Part shown: positions 44,765 through 53,687 of the stretch, piece by piece | How positions within the stretch are numbered: the stretch's first letter is position 1 | Layout of the letters: each line of letters opens with the position of its first letter | Program-made: the position numbers and the translations under genes | The notes under the pieces: model-generated | Databases searched by the model: none | What the model saw: only the letters and a program-made list of their open reading frames with translations | What the model was told of the DNA's origin: nothing | Origin: Eubacteriales bacterium | GTDB taxonomy: Bacteria > Bacillota > Clostridia > Oscillospirales > CAG-272 | Reading direction: 5' to 3' | Assembly: GCA_045659745.1 (NCBI GenBank) | Contig: JAZRCL010000097.1 | Coordinates: forward strand, 2,881 to 66,880 | DNA length: 64,000 nt

Positions 44765-45673
44765 TTATTTATTCCACTTTTGTTTATTTTTCAACACATT
44801 GTAGAGTTCTATGTAGCTGTCGTGTCTGGATTTTGCCATTTCGCCGCGCCTTACCTTCTTAAGCACAGCGCAACCGTCCTCCTTGGTATGAGTGCATTTC
44901 GTATATCTGCAAATACCCACGCACTCGTGTATCTCGGGGAAGACGTTGGGGAGGTTTTCAATATCGAAAAAGTCAAAGCGGTCAAAATCCAACATTGAAA
45001 ATCCCGGGGTGTCGGCAAGATATCCGTCTTTTCCGCAAACCTCAAAAAGCGTCACCGCGCGTGTGGTGTGCTTTCCTCGCTCAACCTTTCGACTTATCTC
45101 GCCCGTACCAAGCTCAAGGTCAGGGAAAAGCTTGTTAAGAAGTGTGGATTTTCCCACGCCAGACGCTCCCGCAAAAGCCGAAAGCTTGCCCGAGAGATTG
45201 TTTTTTACGAATTTCTGTATCTCGTCTATTCCCTCGCCCGTAGCACAGGACAGTATAAATACGTCGTATCCCGCCTTGGAGTATATTTCTTTTATCTGCT
45301 CTGCATACTCTCTGTCAAGCTCGCACTTTCCGACAACTATCACAGGGGTGATGTAATTGTGCTCAAGAATTGCGCACATTTTGTCCGTCATGTCAAGCAT
45401 AGGCTTGGGAGATGCCGCCGCCATAGTCACGAAAACATAGTCAATATTGGCAAGCGGGGGGCGGATAAGCGAGTTTTTACGCTCGCATATTCCGTCTATG
45501 ACAGCATTGCCGTTGTCGTCAATTCCTATATTTACAAAGTCTCCTACAAGTGGGGTGATGTTTGCGTGTCTGAATGAGCCTCTGGCTCTGCATTTTACGT
45601 CCTCCTCGGCAAGTCTGACGGTGTAAAGTCCGCCAACGCCGTGGATTATCCTTCCTTTTGAGCTTTCCGCCAT
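44765..45673 (-). CDS. rsgA: Ribosome small-subunit-dependent GTPase A
   Basis: Circularly permuted GTPase: VVGKCEL (NKxD-like), GASGVGKSTLLN P-loop, C-terminal zinc knuckle CRYTKCTHTKEDGC. Confidence 0.93.
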   Translation of the reverse strand: MAESSKGRIIHGVGGLYTVRLAEEDVKCRARGSFRHANITPLVGDFVNIGIDDNGNAVIDGICERKNSLIRPPLANIDYVFVTMAAASPKPMLDMTDKMCAILEHNYITPVIVVGKCELDREYAEQIKEIYSKAGYDVFILSCATGEGIDEIQKFVKNNLSGKLSAFAGASGVGKSTLLNKLFPDLELGTGEISRKVERGKHTTRAVTLFEVCGKDGYLADTPGFSMLDFDRFDFFDIENLPNVFPEIHECVGICRYTKCTHTKEDGCAVLKKVRRGEMAKSRHDSYIELYNVLKNKQKWNK

Positions 45674-45684
45674 GGATACCTCTC

Positions 45685-46434
45685 TTAATCTGAATTTACC
45701 GTTATTGTCACGGTGATTTTTTTATCTATATAATTATTAGGCGCAGGGGACTGTGATATGACCTCCCACTCCGCCGCGTTTGAGTCAAAGCCTTCTATTA
45801 TTTCATAATTCACACCAAGACTTGAGAGCAGGTCAATCGCGTCATCAATATCAAGCCCGATAATATCGGGGAGCAAAATTCTCTGTATTGCTCTCGGCGC
45901 TTGGACGTAAATTATCACCTCGTCGCCCGCGCGCAGAGTCCGATCCGCCTCAGGATAGCTTCCTACGACAACTTCCGAAGAAATCTTTCCCGAGTCGTCA
46001 TATATTCTCACTACCCGCGTGGTGCATTGCATCTGACGGATTATTCTCCGTGCCCCCACCGGTGTCATTCCGGACAAGTCAGGCATGACAAAGCTTTCTT
46101 TGCCAAGACTTATGTTAACTTTCAGCACGGGGGTAGTCCCGCTTGGGATCTTTTGAGCTGACAACCCGTTTGGACTTTGCGATATTACAACTCCCTCGGG
46201 ATAAATATCCGAAAAAATATAATTTTTTTCTATATTAAATCTTGAGTCTGCTTTTATGTCCTGCTCATACGAGCCCACAAGGTCGGGAAACATAAGCTCG
46301 TAGGTGTCAGACTTGCGGCAAAAAAGTGTGTAAAACACCGCCGCGCTTACCGTTGCAAATACGACGGTAGATATAATCGCCGCAATTATCAGCTTTTTGG
46401 ATATTTTGCCTTTGTTTTCTTTGTTTTTCTGCAT
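45685..46434 (-). CDS. Membrane-anchored protein with three PASTA domains and no kinase domain
   Basis: ORF starts at TTG 46446; ATG 46434 follows GAGGTG. Short basic N-terminus, one TM, then three PASTA-like repeats starting (F/M/L)PD(L/I)xG. Confidence 0.85.
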   Translation of the reverse strand: MQKNKENKGKISKKLIIAAIISTVVFATVSAAVFYTLFCRKSDTYELMFPDLVGSYEQDIKADSRFNIEKNYIFSDIYPEGVVISQSPNGLSAQKIPSGTTPVLKVNISLGKESFVMPDLSGMTPVGARRIIRQMQCTTRVVRIYDDSGKISSEVVVGSYPEADRTLRAGDEVIIYVQAPRAIQRILLPDIIGLDIDDAIDLLSSLGVNYEIIEGFDSNAAEWEVISQSPAPNNYIDKKITVTITVNSD

Positions 46435-46512
46435 AGTACACCTCAATTTTGATATGTACTATACTATATTTTTCGATTACAAAATGGGTTCTCTAATATT
46501 TTTTGTGGGAAA

Positions 46513-46580
46513 GTTTTTGTGAAGGGGGTTAATTTGCAAGCAAATTTGGGGAAACACTTTTTCCAAAAAGGGTTTCCTCC
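46513..46580 (-). repeat. GGGGAAAC-palindrome intergenic repeat, copy D (reverse orientation, with a 16-nt palindromic insert)
   Basis: GTTTTTGTGAAGGGGGT-[TAATTTGCAAGCAAAT]-TTGGGGAAACACTTTTTCCAAAAAGGGTTTCCTCC. Lies between the rlmN stop and the PASTA gene start. Confidence 0.8.
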
Positions 46581-46587
46581 ACTTCTC

Positions 46588-47637
46588 TCATCCTTCTCCC
46601 CCATCCTCTCTCCTGAGCTGGCCGCAGGAGGCATTGATGTCCGAGCCGAGCTTACGGCGAACGGTTGCTCGGATACCGCGAGATTCAAGCGTTGCGGCAA
46701 ACTGCGAGATACCTTTCTTGTCGGCGGGCTTGAAGCCTGTTTCGTCGACCTCGTTTACGGGGATAAGGTTTACGTGTATCGGCATAGACTCGTCCTTTGT
46801 GCGAAGTGCGGAGTTAAGAACCTGCGCGAGCTTTTCGGCAAGGGGCTTTGAGTCATTTTTGCCTGAAATAAGGGTATATTCAAATGAAATTCTGCGTCCC
46901 GTCTTTTTGTAGTAGTCGCGGCAAGCAGAAAGCAGCTCTGCCACGCCCCAACGGTTGTTGACGGGCATTATTTCCGAGCGCGTCCTGTCGTCGGGCGCGT
47001 GCAGAGATATTGAGAGCGTAATCGGCAGATCAAGCTCTGCGAGCTTGTATATTCCCGAAACGACTCCGCAGGTGGAGAGCGAGATATGTCTGTAGCCGAT
47101 ATTGACTCCCTGCTCGTGATTGACGAGCTTCAAGAATCTCACGGAGTTATCAAAATTATCAAGCGGCTCGCCTATTCCCATCATTACGATATTGGAAATT
47201 CTAATATCAAGATCTCTGTTTGCGGCGAGCACCTGACCGAGGATTTCTCCTGCTTCAAGATTTCGCACTCTGCCGCCAAGAGTTGACGCGCAGAATTTAC
47301 ATCCCATTCGGCAACCAACCTGCGAGGACACGCAAATGGTGTATCCGTGCTCGTATTTCATAACCACGGACTCTATGCAGTTTTTGTCCGAAAGCTCAAA
47401 CAGATATTTTACCGTTCCGTCAATTTGCGAAACCAGCTTTCTTTTAACTGTGGGAAGCGACGCGTCCACAACCTCTGAAAGCTTTTCTTTTGTCTTTTTG
47501 CCCACGTTTGTCATTTCCGAGAGCAATATTCCTTTATGAAGCTGTGAGAAAATCTGCTGCGCGCGATATTTTGGTTCGCCGAGCGTCAGCATAAGCTCTT
47601 CAAGCTCCGCGGGATAAAATGAATATATGTTTTGCAT
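46588..47637 (-). CDS. rlmN: 23S rRNA (adenine2503-C2)/tRNA methyltransferase RlmN (radical SAM)
   Basis: CVSSQVGCRMGCKFCAST radical-SAM cluster and the C-terminal DINASCGQLR motif. Confidence 0.93.
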   Translation of the reverse strand: MQNIYSFYPAELEELMLTLGEPKYRAQQIFSQLHKGILLSEMTNVGKKTKEKLSEVVDASLPTVKRKLVSQIDGTVKYLFELSDKNCIESVVMKYEHGYTICVSSQVGCRMGCKFCASTLGGRVRNLEAGEILGQVLAANRDLDIRISNIVMMGIGEPLDNFDNSVRFLKLVNHEQGVNIGYRHISLSTCGVVSGIYKLAELDLPITLSISLHAPDDRTRSEIMPVNNRWGVAELLSACRDYYKKTGRRISFEYTLISGKNDSKPLAEKLAQVLNSALRTKDESMPIHVNLIPVNEVDETGFKPADKKGISQFAATLESRGIRATVRRKLGSDINASCGQLRREDGGEG

Positions 47638-47646
47638 AACGTCCCT

Positions 47647-48948
47647 TTATATTCTTCTCAATTTTGCGATAAAAAATCCGTCGGTTTTGTGTATGTCGGG
47701 ATAAAGCGAGAGCATGCCGCCCTCGGACCGTATCTGTCCAACGCAAAAATCCTCTGCTATAAACTCGGGGTGAGCTTCAAGAAAGCTCTTTACAACGCCG
47801 CAGTTCTCCTCAGGGAAAACCGTGCAGGTTGAGTACAAAAGCACACCGCCGACTTTTACGTATTTTGAAACATTTTCCAAAATATCCGACTGAATTTTCG
47901 GGAGCTTGTCCGACTCAGACAAGTCCTTATATCTTATCTCGGGCTTTTTCGCCATAACTCCAAAGCCCGAACACGGCGCGTCGCAAAGCAGCACGTCCGC
48001 GGACTGCTCAAGCGAGGAGTCAAAATGCCTTGCGTCCGCCTCGCGAGTGCTTATTATATCAATGCCAAGTCTCTCCGCGCCCGCGTCAACAAGCGAAAGC
48101 TTGCTCTTGTGCAGGTCACAGGAAAGCATCTTGCCTGTGTTTTGCATATTTATTGCCATGCCAAAGGACTTCGAGCCCGGACAAGAGCAACAGTCGATAA
48201 CAAAGTCTCCCGCCTTTGCTCCCGACGCCTCAACGCATATCTGCGAAGCCTCGTCCTGAACAAAGAAATATCCCTCGTCCGCTCCCGGCAATGCCGCAAA
48301 GGACACGCCATATGTGTTTATTCCGTGCGGAGAACTTTTTGTAAGCTGATATTTTATACTTGCCGCATCAAGCTTTGCCGCATAGTCCTCGCGGCTGATT
48401 TTGAGTGTATTGACTCGCAAGGTCATAGGCGGCGTCTGATTATAGCTATCAAAAATTTCACAAGCTCGCTCAAATCCGAAAAGGCTCAAGAATCTCGCGC
48501 AAAGCTCTGTCGGGAACGAGTATTTTACGGACAAATATTCAACTGCGTCCGTGTTCTTGTCGGGAAGCTGTATCTGCTCTTTTTTTCTGAGATACGAGCG
48601 CAGTATCGCGTTCACAAATCCTTTGGTCCGTCGTGGTGCCAAGTCCACCGTCTCGTTTATTGCCGCATACTCGGGAATGCGGTCAAAAAAGGCAAGCTGA
48701 TAAAGACCGATCCGCAAAATTATTCTCGTGTCATTTTCTATTTTGGACGGCTCTGCGGCAAGTCTGTCTATGAAAAAATCAAGAGTGATGCGCCTTTCCA
48801 CAACGCCCATAACTATGGCAGTGAAAAGTCCCCTGTCACTCTCGCCGAGCCCGCTTGAACTCAACGCTCGGTCAACTGCAATATTTGAATATTGTCCGCT
48901 CGCGCTCATTTTTTTGAGCACGTCAAACGCAAGCCTTCTCGGACTCAT
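47647..48948 (-). CDS. rsmB: 16S rRNA (cytosine967-C5)-methyltransferase
   Basis: N-terminal NusB-like domain. DCCSCPGSKS and LLCDAPCSGFGV catalytic Cys motifs. Confidence 0.9.
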   Translation of the reverse strand: MSPRRLAFDVLKKMSASGQYSNIAVDRALSSSGLGESDRGLFTAIVMGVVERRITLDFFIDRLAAEPSKIENDTRIILRIGLYQLAFFDRIPEYAAINETVDLAPRRTKGFVNAILRSYLRKKEQIQLPDKNTDAVEYLSVKYSFPTELCARFLSLFGFERACEIFDSYNQTPPMTLRVNTLKISREDYAAKLDAASIKYQLTKSSPHGINTYGVSFAALPGADEGYFFVQDEASQICVEASGAKAGDFVIDCCSCPGSKSFGMAINMQNTGKMLSCDLHKSKLSLVDAGAERLGIDIISTREADARHFDSSLEQSADVLLCDAPCSGFGVMAKKPEIRYKDLSESDKLPKIQSDILENVSKYVKVGGVLLYSTCTVFPEENCGVVKSFLEAHPEFIAEDFCVGQIRSEGGMLSLYPDIHKTDGFFIAKLRRI

Positions 48949-48976
48949 AGTGTTTCCTTTCTTTTGGGAGAGGAGA

Positions 48977-49030
48977 TTGCGGGGAAACCTTTTTATAAAA
49001 ACGTGTTTCCCCGCACCCCTTCCAAAAAAC
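48977..49030 (+). repeat. GGGGAAAC-palindrome intergenic repeat, copy B (forward orientation)
   Basis: TTGCGGGGAAACCTTTTTATAAAAACGTGTTTCCCCGCACCCCTTCCAAAAAAC, located between fmt and rsmB. Confidence 0.85.
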
Positions 49031-49085
49031 TTCCTCGAATTTTTTTAGTTCTACAGATTGTAATCAGAATTCTCAAGTTGGATTT

Positions 49086-50015
49086 TTAGGAAAGAATATC
49101 TCCCACGGAGATTTTTCTGCCGTTGATAAAATCCGACGCTCGCATTTTTCCCTTACCCTCGGGGACAACTCCGAGAATGGATATTATTCCGTCACCGCAA
49201 GCGACCTTTATCTCGCCGTCGGTGGAAATTACAGTTCCACACTCCGCATTTGCCTTCTCCCTTGAGAAAATTCTACTCTCGGTTATCTTGAGCAGCTTTC
49301 CATCGGGCGTGTGCGTAAACGCAAGCGGTATGGGAGAAAGACCGCGGATGAGATTGTGTATCTCGCAGACCGGTCTTGAAAAATCAATCAAGCAGTCGCT
49401 CTTTTCTATTTTTGCGGCATACGTCGCGCCCTCGCCCTGAACGACGGGGGTAATACTGCCTATCTCAAGTCCCTTTACAGTTTCAATCAGAAGAGATGCG
49501 CCAAGTGCGGCAAGTCGGTCGTGTATGATCTCAAAATTATCATTTTCCTCTATTTTTGCCTCGGCTTTGAGCAGCATATCTCCCGTGTCAAGTCCCTCTG
49601 CCATAAGCATTGTCGTAATACCCGTGACAGCTTTTCCGTCAATTATAGCTCTCTGCATAGGGGCGGCTCCTCTGTATTCGGGGAGAAGCGAGCCGTGGAC
49701 GTTTACGCAACCATACCTGGGATAATTAAGCACGTTTTTGGGAAGTATTCTTCCGTATGCCACAACGACTATAAGCTCGGGGTTGATATCTGCCAATGTT
49801 GCGGCAAACTCCTCGCCTCTAAGCGTCAAGGGCTGAAGCACGGGGATATTCTTTTCCTGTGCGTACACCTTAACGGGCGGAGGGGTGAGGTGATGACCTC
49901 TGCCCTTTGGCTTGTCGGGCTGGGTTATTACCGCCGAAACGTCATATCCCGCCTCGCAAAGAGCCTTGAGCGACTCAAGCGCAAAGTCGGGCGTTCCCAT
50001 AAACAAAATTCTCAT
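49086..50015 (-). CDS. fmt: Methionyl-tRNA formyltransferase
   Basis: MRILFMGTPDFA N-terminus, NVHGSLLPEYRGAAP motif, 309 aa. Confidence 0.95.
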   Translation of the reverse strand: MRILFMGTPDFALESLKALCEAGYDVSAVITQPDKPKGRGHHLTPPPVKVYAQEKNIPVLQPLTLRGEEFAATLADINPELIVVVAYGRILPKNVLNYPRYGCVNVHGSLLPEYRGAAPMQRAIIDGKAVTGITTMLMAEGLDTGDMLLKAEAKIEENDNFEIIHDRLAALGASLLIETVKGLEIGSITPVVQGEGATYAAKIEKSDCLIDFSRPVCEIHNLIRGLSPIPLAFTHTPDGKLLKITESRIFSREKANAECGTVISTDGEIKVACGDGIISILGVVPEGKGKMRASDFINGRKISVGDILS

Positions 50016-50032
50016 TATATCTCTCCCGCTTA

Positions 50033-50509
50033 TCAGTCTTCGAAATCCAACTCGTCAGGTGAGAGCATTCTCTCGGCTCTGTCGATATAGAGCTTGCCAT
50101 CAAGGTGATCAAGCTCATGACAGAAGCATCTTGCCAAAAGCTCCGAGCCTGTGTAGTCAACGATCTGTCCGTGTCTGTTCATAGCTCTTACAGTCACGTG
50201 CATAGGTCTTTTTACTATTCCCCACTCACCGGGCACGGAAAGACAGCCCTCAAGGCCCTCCTGCTCGCCCGAAAAAGCGATTATCTTGGGGTTGATGAGC
50301 TCGTAAACCTCGCCGTCCTCGACCTCAACTACTACAATTCTGCGGAGTATGCCGACCTGCGGAGCTGCAAGTCCAACTCCGTTTGCCGCTCTCATAGTCT
50401 CTACCATATCGTCAAGGAGGGTAAGTACTCTGGGGGTTATCGCGTCAACCTCTCTGCATCTTTTTCTTAAGGTGTCGTCACCCTTTTTTACTATTTTCAG
50501 CTTTGCCAT
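50033..50509 (-). CDS. def: Peptide deformylase
   Basis: GLAAPQVG, EGCLSVPG and HELDHLDG, the three canonical PDF motifs. Confidence 0.95.
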   Translation of the reverse strand: MAKLKIVKKGDDTLRKRCREVDAITPRVLTLLDDMVETMRAANGVGLAAPQVGILRRIVVVEVEDGEVYELINPKIIAFSGEQEGLEGCLSVPGEWGIVKRPMHVTVRAMNRHGQIVDYTGSELLARCFCHELDHLDGKLYIDRAERMLSPDELDFED

Positions 50510-50533
50510 TTATATAAACCTTCTTTCTGTTAA

Positions 50534-53008
50534 TTAAAGCCCCGTGGGATTAAAGTCTATGCTAAGTATGCTCTTGTCCTTGCCTTCCTTGCTAAAGCCG
50601 CGCATAAGCTCCTCAAAGAACTGTCGGCTCTTTTTGGTAAGTCGGCATTTTATTATCATTCGCAGTCTGTACTTTTCCTCGACTTTATATACGGGCGCTT
50701 CAAACGGCCCGAACACCTCAAGCGGAATATCCGCGAAGGTGTTCTCGGTAAGTCTCTTAATCTCGCTCGATAGCTTGGTCGAGATGAGCAACGCCTGCTT
50801 TTCGTCTGCCGACACAACCGTCAGCACCGCAATATCGCAGTACGGCGGAAAGGTCAGAAGCTTGCGGAGTCTTATCTCGGACTTGTAAAACTCCTCGTAG
50901 TTCTGCGCGCAAGCAAGCTTTATGGTGTCATTGTCGGGATTGTTTGTCTGTATGACGGCAACTCCGCTTTTCTCGGCTCGTCCCGCTCTGCCTATAACCT
51001 GCGCAAGCATTGAAAAGGTACGCTCGTTTGCGTGATAGTCGTCAAGATAAAGCGACATATCCGCTAAAAGTACGCCGACGAGCGTCACGTTCGGAAAATC
51101 GTGTCCCTTTGTGACCATCTGCGTGCCGAGCAGAATGTCTGCCTCTCCTCTGCGGAAGCTGTCAAGCAGCTCGCGCGACGAGTGCTTGCCCGATGTGGAA
51201 TCCGCGTCAAGTCGGAGTATTCTCGCCTCGGGAATAAGGAGTGAAAGCTCCTTTTCTATTCTTTGCGTGCCAAATCCAATGCGCGCCATATGCTCCGAGC
51301 CGCAAGACGGACAATTCTCTGGCATTCTCATTTTTGTTCCGCACCAATGGCAGAACAAAAATCCTCTTTCGTGGTCGCCCCGCTCCGCGTGATAGCTCAT
51401 AGAAACCGAGCAATGAGGACAAAGCACCGCCTCACCACAGCTACGGCAGCTCACCGCGGTATTATATCCGCGTCTGTTGAGAAACAGCACCGCCTGCTCA
51501 CCGCGGGAGATAACTCCCTTGAGCCTTTCTATCAGCTCCGAGCCGAGCGGCGACGTATTTCCGACTCTCGCCTCGCGTCGCATATCGTATATCTTGACCT
51601 CGGGGAGCTTGGCGTCCCCGTATCTCTTTGTAAGCCTCAAAAGCTCGTATTTACCCTCCAGAGCCTTACTGTAGCTCTCAAGTGACGGAGTCGCCGACGA
51701 CAAAAGCATCACCGCTCCATTGTACGCGCATCTCCATCGCGCTATATCTCTTGCGTGATATTTCGGGGAACCTTCAGACTTATATGTCGCCTCGTGCTCC
51801 TCGTCTATGATTATAAGTCCAAGATTTTTTACAGGGGAGAACACCGCCGAGCGAGTGCCGATAACTATATCCGCCTCGCCCGACTTTATTTTCGAATACG
51901 CATCCGACCTCTCGCCTGCGGAAAGTCCCGAGTGAACGAGAGAAACCCTCTGACCGTATCTTGAACGGAATATACCAAGTGTCTGCGGAGTCAACGCTAT
52001 CTCGGGGAGCAGCACTATCACTCCTCTACCCTCGCGTAAAGCTGAGTCAATGGCGGTCACGATAACGCTGGTTTTTCCGCTTCCCGTGACACCGTGAAGC
52101 AGCACCGCCTTTGGCTGACGTAAGCTGATATGCTGACATATTCTGTCTGCCGCCGCCTTTTGCTCCGTGTTCAGGACGTACTGCGTCGGCTGTCCTATGT
52201 CTCCCGATATCGCCTCTCTGTATCTGCGCTCACGACGCGTTACTATAACTCCCTTTTGAATCAAGCTCTTTACGGGCGCATCGGTTGTGTTGCTCTCGGA
52301 AAGTATCTCTTCAATCGTCCTTTCCTTGCCGTCCGACAGGATTTCAATTATCAATTTCTGCTTTGGAGCAGTTATCTTTGTGTTTTCAAGTGCGGCCTTG
52401 TCAAGAGAATAAAAGCTTTCGTACATCTCGCCTGCAACTCTACCGCTTTCCACAGTCTTTTTTATAACCTGCTTTGAAAGCAGCTTTTCAACAGACTCTC
52501 CTGCCGCAACTGCGCCAAATCTGCCCTTGAGCATATCCATGCTCACAGTACCCTTTGACAAAATATAGTCGTAAACAAACAGATCTGCAGGGGTAAATCC
52601 GGCAGAGGCGTTTGGCGTCATCTCTCCGTTCGGCGAATAATACTCGGTAAGTCTGCCCAGTGCCGCCGCGGGTACCGCACACCTTACCGCATCTCCCATC
52701 GTACAAAGTGTCTGTGTCTTCATATACATACAAAGCCCCAGCATCTCATCGGACAGGGGGGCCCTATCGGGACAAATACCTATTACCGCCTTGGGATTTT
52801 TGTATTGGCTTGCGCTCATAAGCTCCCAGACTACCGCCATTTGCTTGCGATTAGTGCGCCCAAAGGGCACCGTCACGAACGTTCCTCTCTGCACCTTGCC
52901 ACGCAGATCAATGGGCAGAAAATAATCATAGGAGGTGTCTATTGCATACGGACTGTCGAGCAAATACACCGATACGTATTCGTAATTTGCACAAGATCCC
53001 TGTTGCAT
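50534..53008 (-). CDS. priA: Primosomal replication-restart helicase PriA
   Basis: GVTGSGKT Walker A, IIDEEHE, Cys-rich zinc insertion CRSCGEAVLCPHCSVSMSYH...CHWCG...CPSCGS. Confidence 0.93.
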   Translation of the reverse strand: MQQGSCANYEYVSVYLLDSPYAIDTSYDYFLPIDLRGKVQRGTFVTVPFGRTNRKQMAVVWELMSASQYKNPKAVIGICPDRAPLSDEMLGLCMYMKTQTLCTMGDAVRCAVPAAALGRLTEYYSPNGEMTPNASAGFTPADLFVYDYILSKGTVSMDMLKGRFGAVAAGESVEKLLSKQVIKKTVESGRVAGEMYESFYSLDKAALENTKITAPKQKLIIEILSDGKERTIEEILSESNTTDAPVKSLIQKGVIVTRRERRYREAISGDIGQPTQYVLNTEQKAAADRICQHISLRQPKAVLLHGVTGSGKTSVIVTAIDSALREGRGVIVLLPEIALTPQTLGIFRSRYGQRVSLVHSGLSAGERSDAYSKIKSGEADIVIGTRSAVFSPVKNLGLIIIDEEHEATYKSEGSPKYHARDIARWRCAYNGAVMLLSSATPSLESYSKALEGKYELLRLTKRYGDAKLPEVKIYDMRREARVGNTSPLGSELIERLKGVISRGEQAVLFLNRRGYNTAVSCRSCGEAVLCPHCSVSMSYHAERGDHERGFLFCHWCGTKMRMPENCPSCGSEHMARIGFGTQRIEKELSLLIPEARILRLDADSTSGKHSSRELLDSFRRGEADILLGTQMVTKGHDFPNVTLVGVLLADMSLYLDDYHANERTFSMLAQVIGRAGRAEKSGVAVIQTNNPDNDTIKLACAQNYEEFYKSEIRLRKLLTFPPYCDIAVLTVVSADEKQALLISTKLSSEIKRLTENTFADIPLEVFGPFEAPVYKVEEKYRLRMIIKCRLTKKSRQFFEELMRGFSKEGKDKSILSIDFNPTGL

Positions 53009-53052
53009 AGCTACACCTCCTTATAGTATCCCCACTCCTTGTGTTGTGAGAA

Positions 53053-53355
53053 TTATTCGAAATCTTCCTCGGCCTCTACTGCCACGCTCTGATTTTCACG
53101 TCTGACGATAACGTAGTCACCCTCGTGAATTCTCTTTATGGCGGTCTTTACCGCCTTGTCGTCGCGAAGCTCCTTATCAATCATAGTGTTTGTAGGGTGA
53201 TCGCTGTCTTTGCCGTTTGCATTTGCATGCTCTGCGTCCTCGCGCTGCTTTACGTATTCGTCTGTCACTATGCGCGCGCACTTTGCGGTTGCAAGCGAAA
53301 GCTCATATCTGTTGTACTGTCCCTTTGTAAGCTCGTTTATCGTTGGATAAAGCAT
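53053..53355 (-). CDS. rpoZ: DNA-directed RNA polymerase subunit omega
   Basis: MLYPTINELTKGQYNRYELSLATAKCARIV N-terminus typical of Firmicute RpoZ. Position upstream of priA. Confidence 0.85.
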   Translation of the reverse strand: MLYPTINELTKGQYNRYELSLATAKCARIVTDEYVKQREDAEHANANGKDSDHPTNTMIDKELRDDKAVKTAIKRIHEGDYVIVRRENQSVAVEAEEDFE

Positions 53356-53402
53356 AAATTTTCCCTCTTTCGTTTATGTTTTTGAATTGTTTTTCTGTTT
53401 TG

Positions 53403-53675
53403 TCAATCCTCGTCGGACGCGTCCTCATCGACAAGCGTATCCTCAGAATCAAGTCTGTTTGCGATAGTCTCCGCCTGAAGCATTGAGAGTATCACGTGGT
53501 CAGAGTCGGTTATGACTACCGCTCTGGTTTTTCTTCCGCAGGTGACGTCAATGACTCTGCCCGCGTCCTTGGAGTCCTGAATGAGACGCTTGATGGGTGC
53601 GCTCTCGGGGCTCGCTATTGCAACTATTCTTTCAACGGCTATCATATTACCGTATCCAATGTTTATGAATTTCAT
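53403..53675 (-). CDS. remA: RemA/DUF370 extracellular-matrix regulatory protein
   Basis: [33 protein letters not shown]...[24 protein letters not shown], near-canonical RemA. Confidence 0.9.
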   Translation of the reverse strand: MKFINIGYGNMIAVERIVAIASPESAPIKRLIQDSKDAGRVIDVTCGRKTRAVVITDSDHVILSMLQAETIANRLDSEDTLVDEDASDED

Positions 53676-53687
53676 ATCTCAATTCCT

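Noticed and set aside
46464-46700. 78-aa ORF (and the ORFs at 48892-49089 and 46519-46851) spanning the palindromic repeats
   Set aside because: These ORFs are created by the repeat elements (peptides like GGNPFWKKCFP). They overlap the rlmN 3' end or intergenic DNA and have no translation signals.
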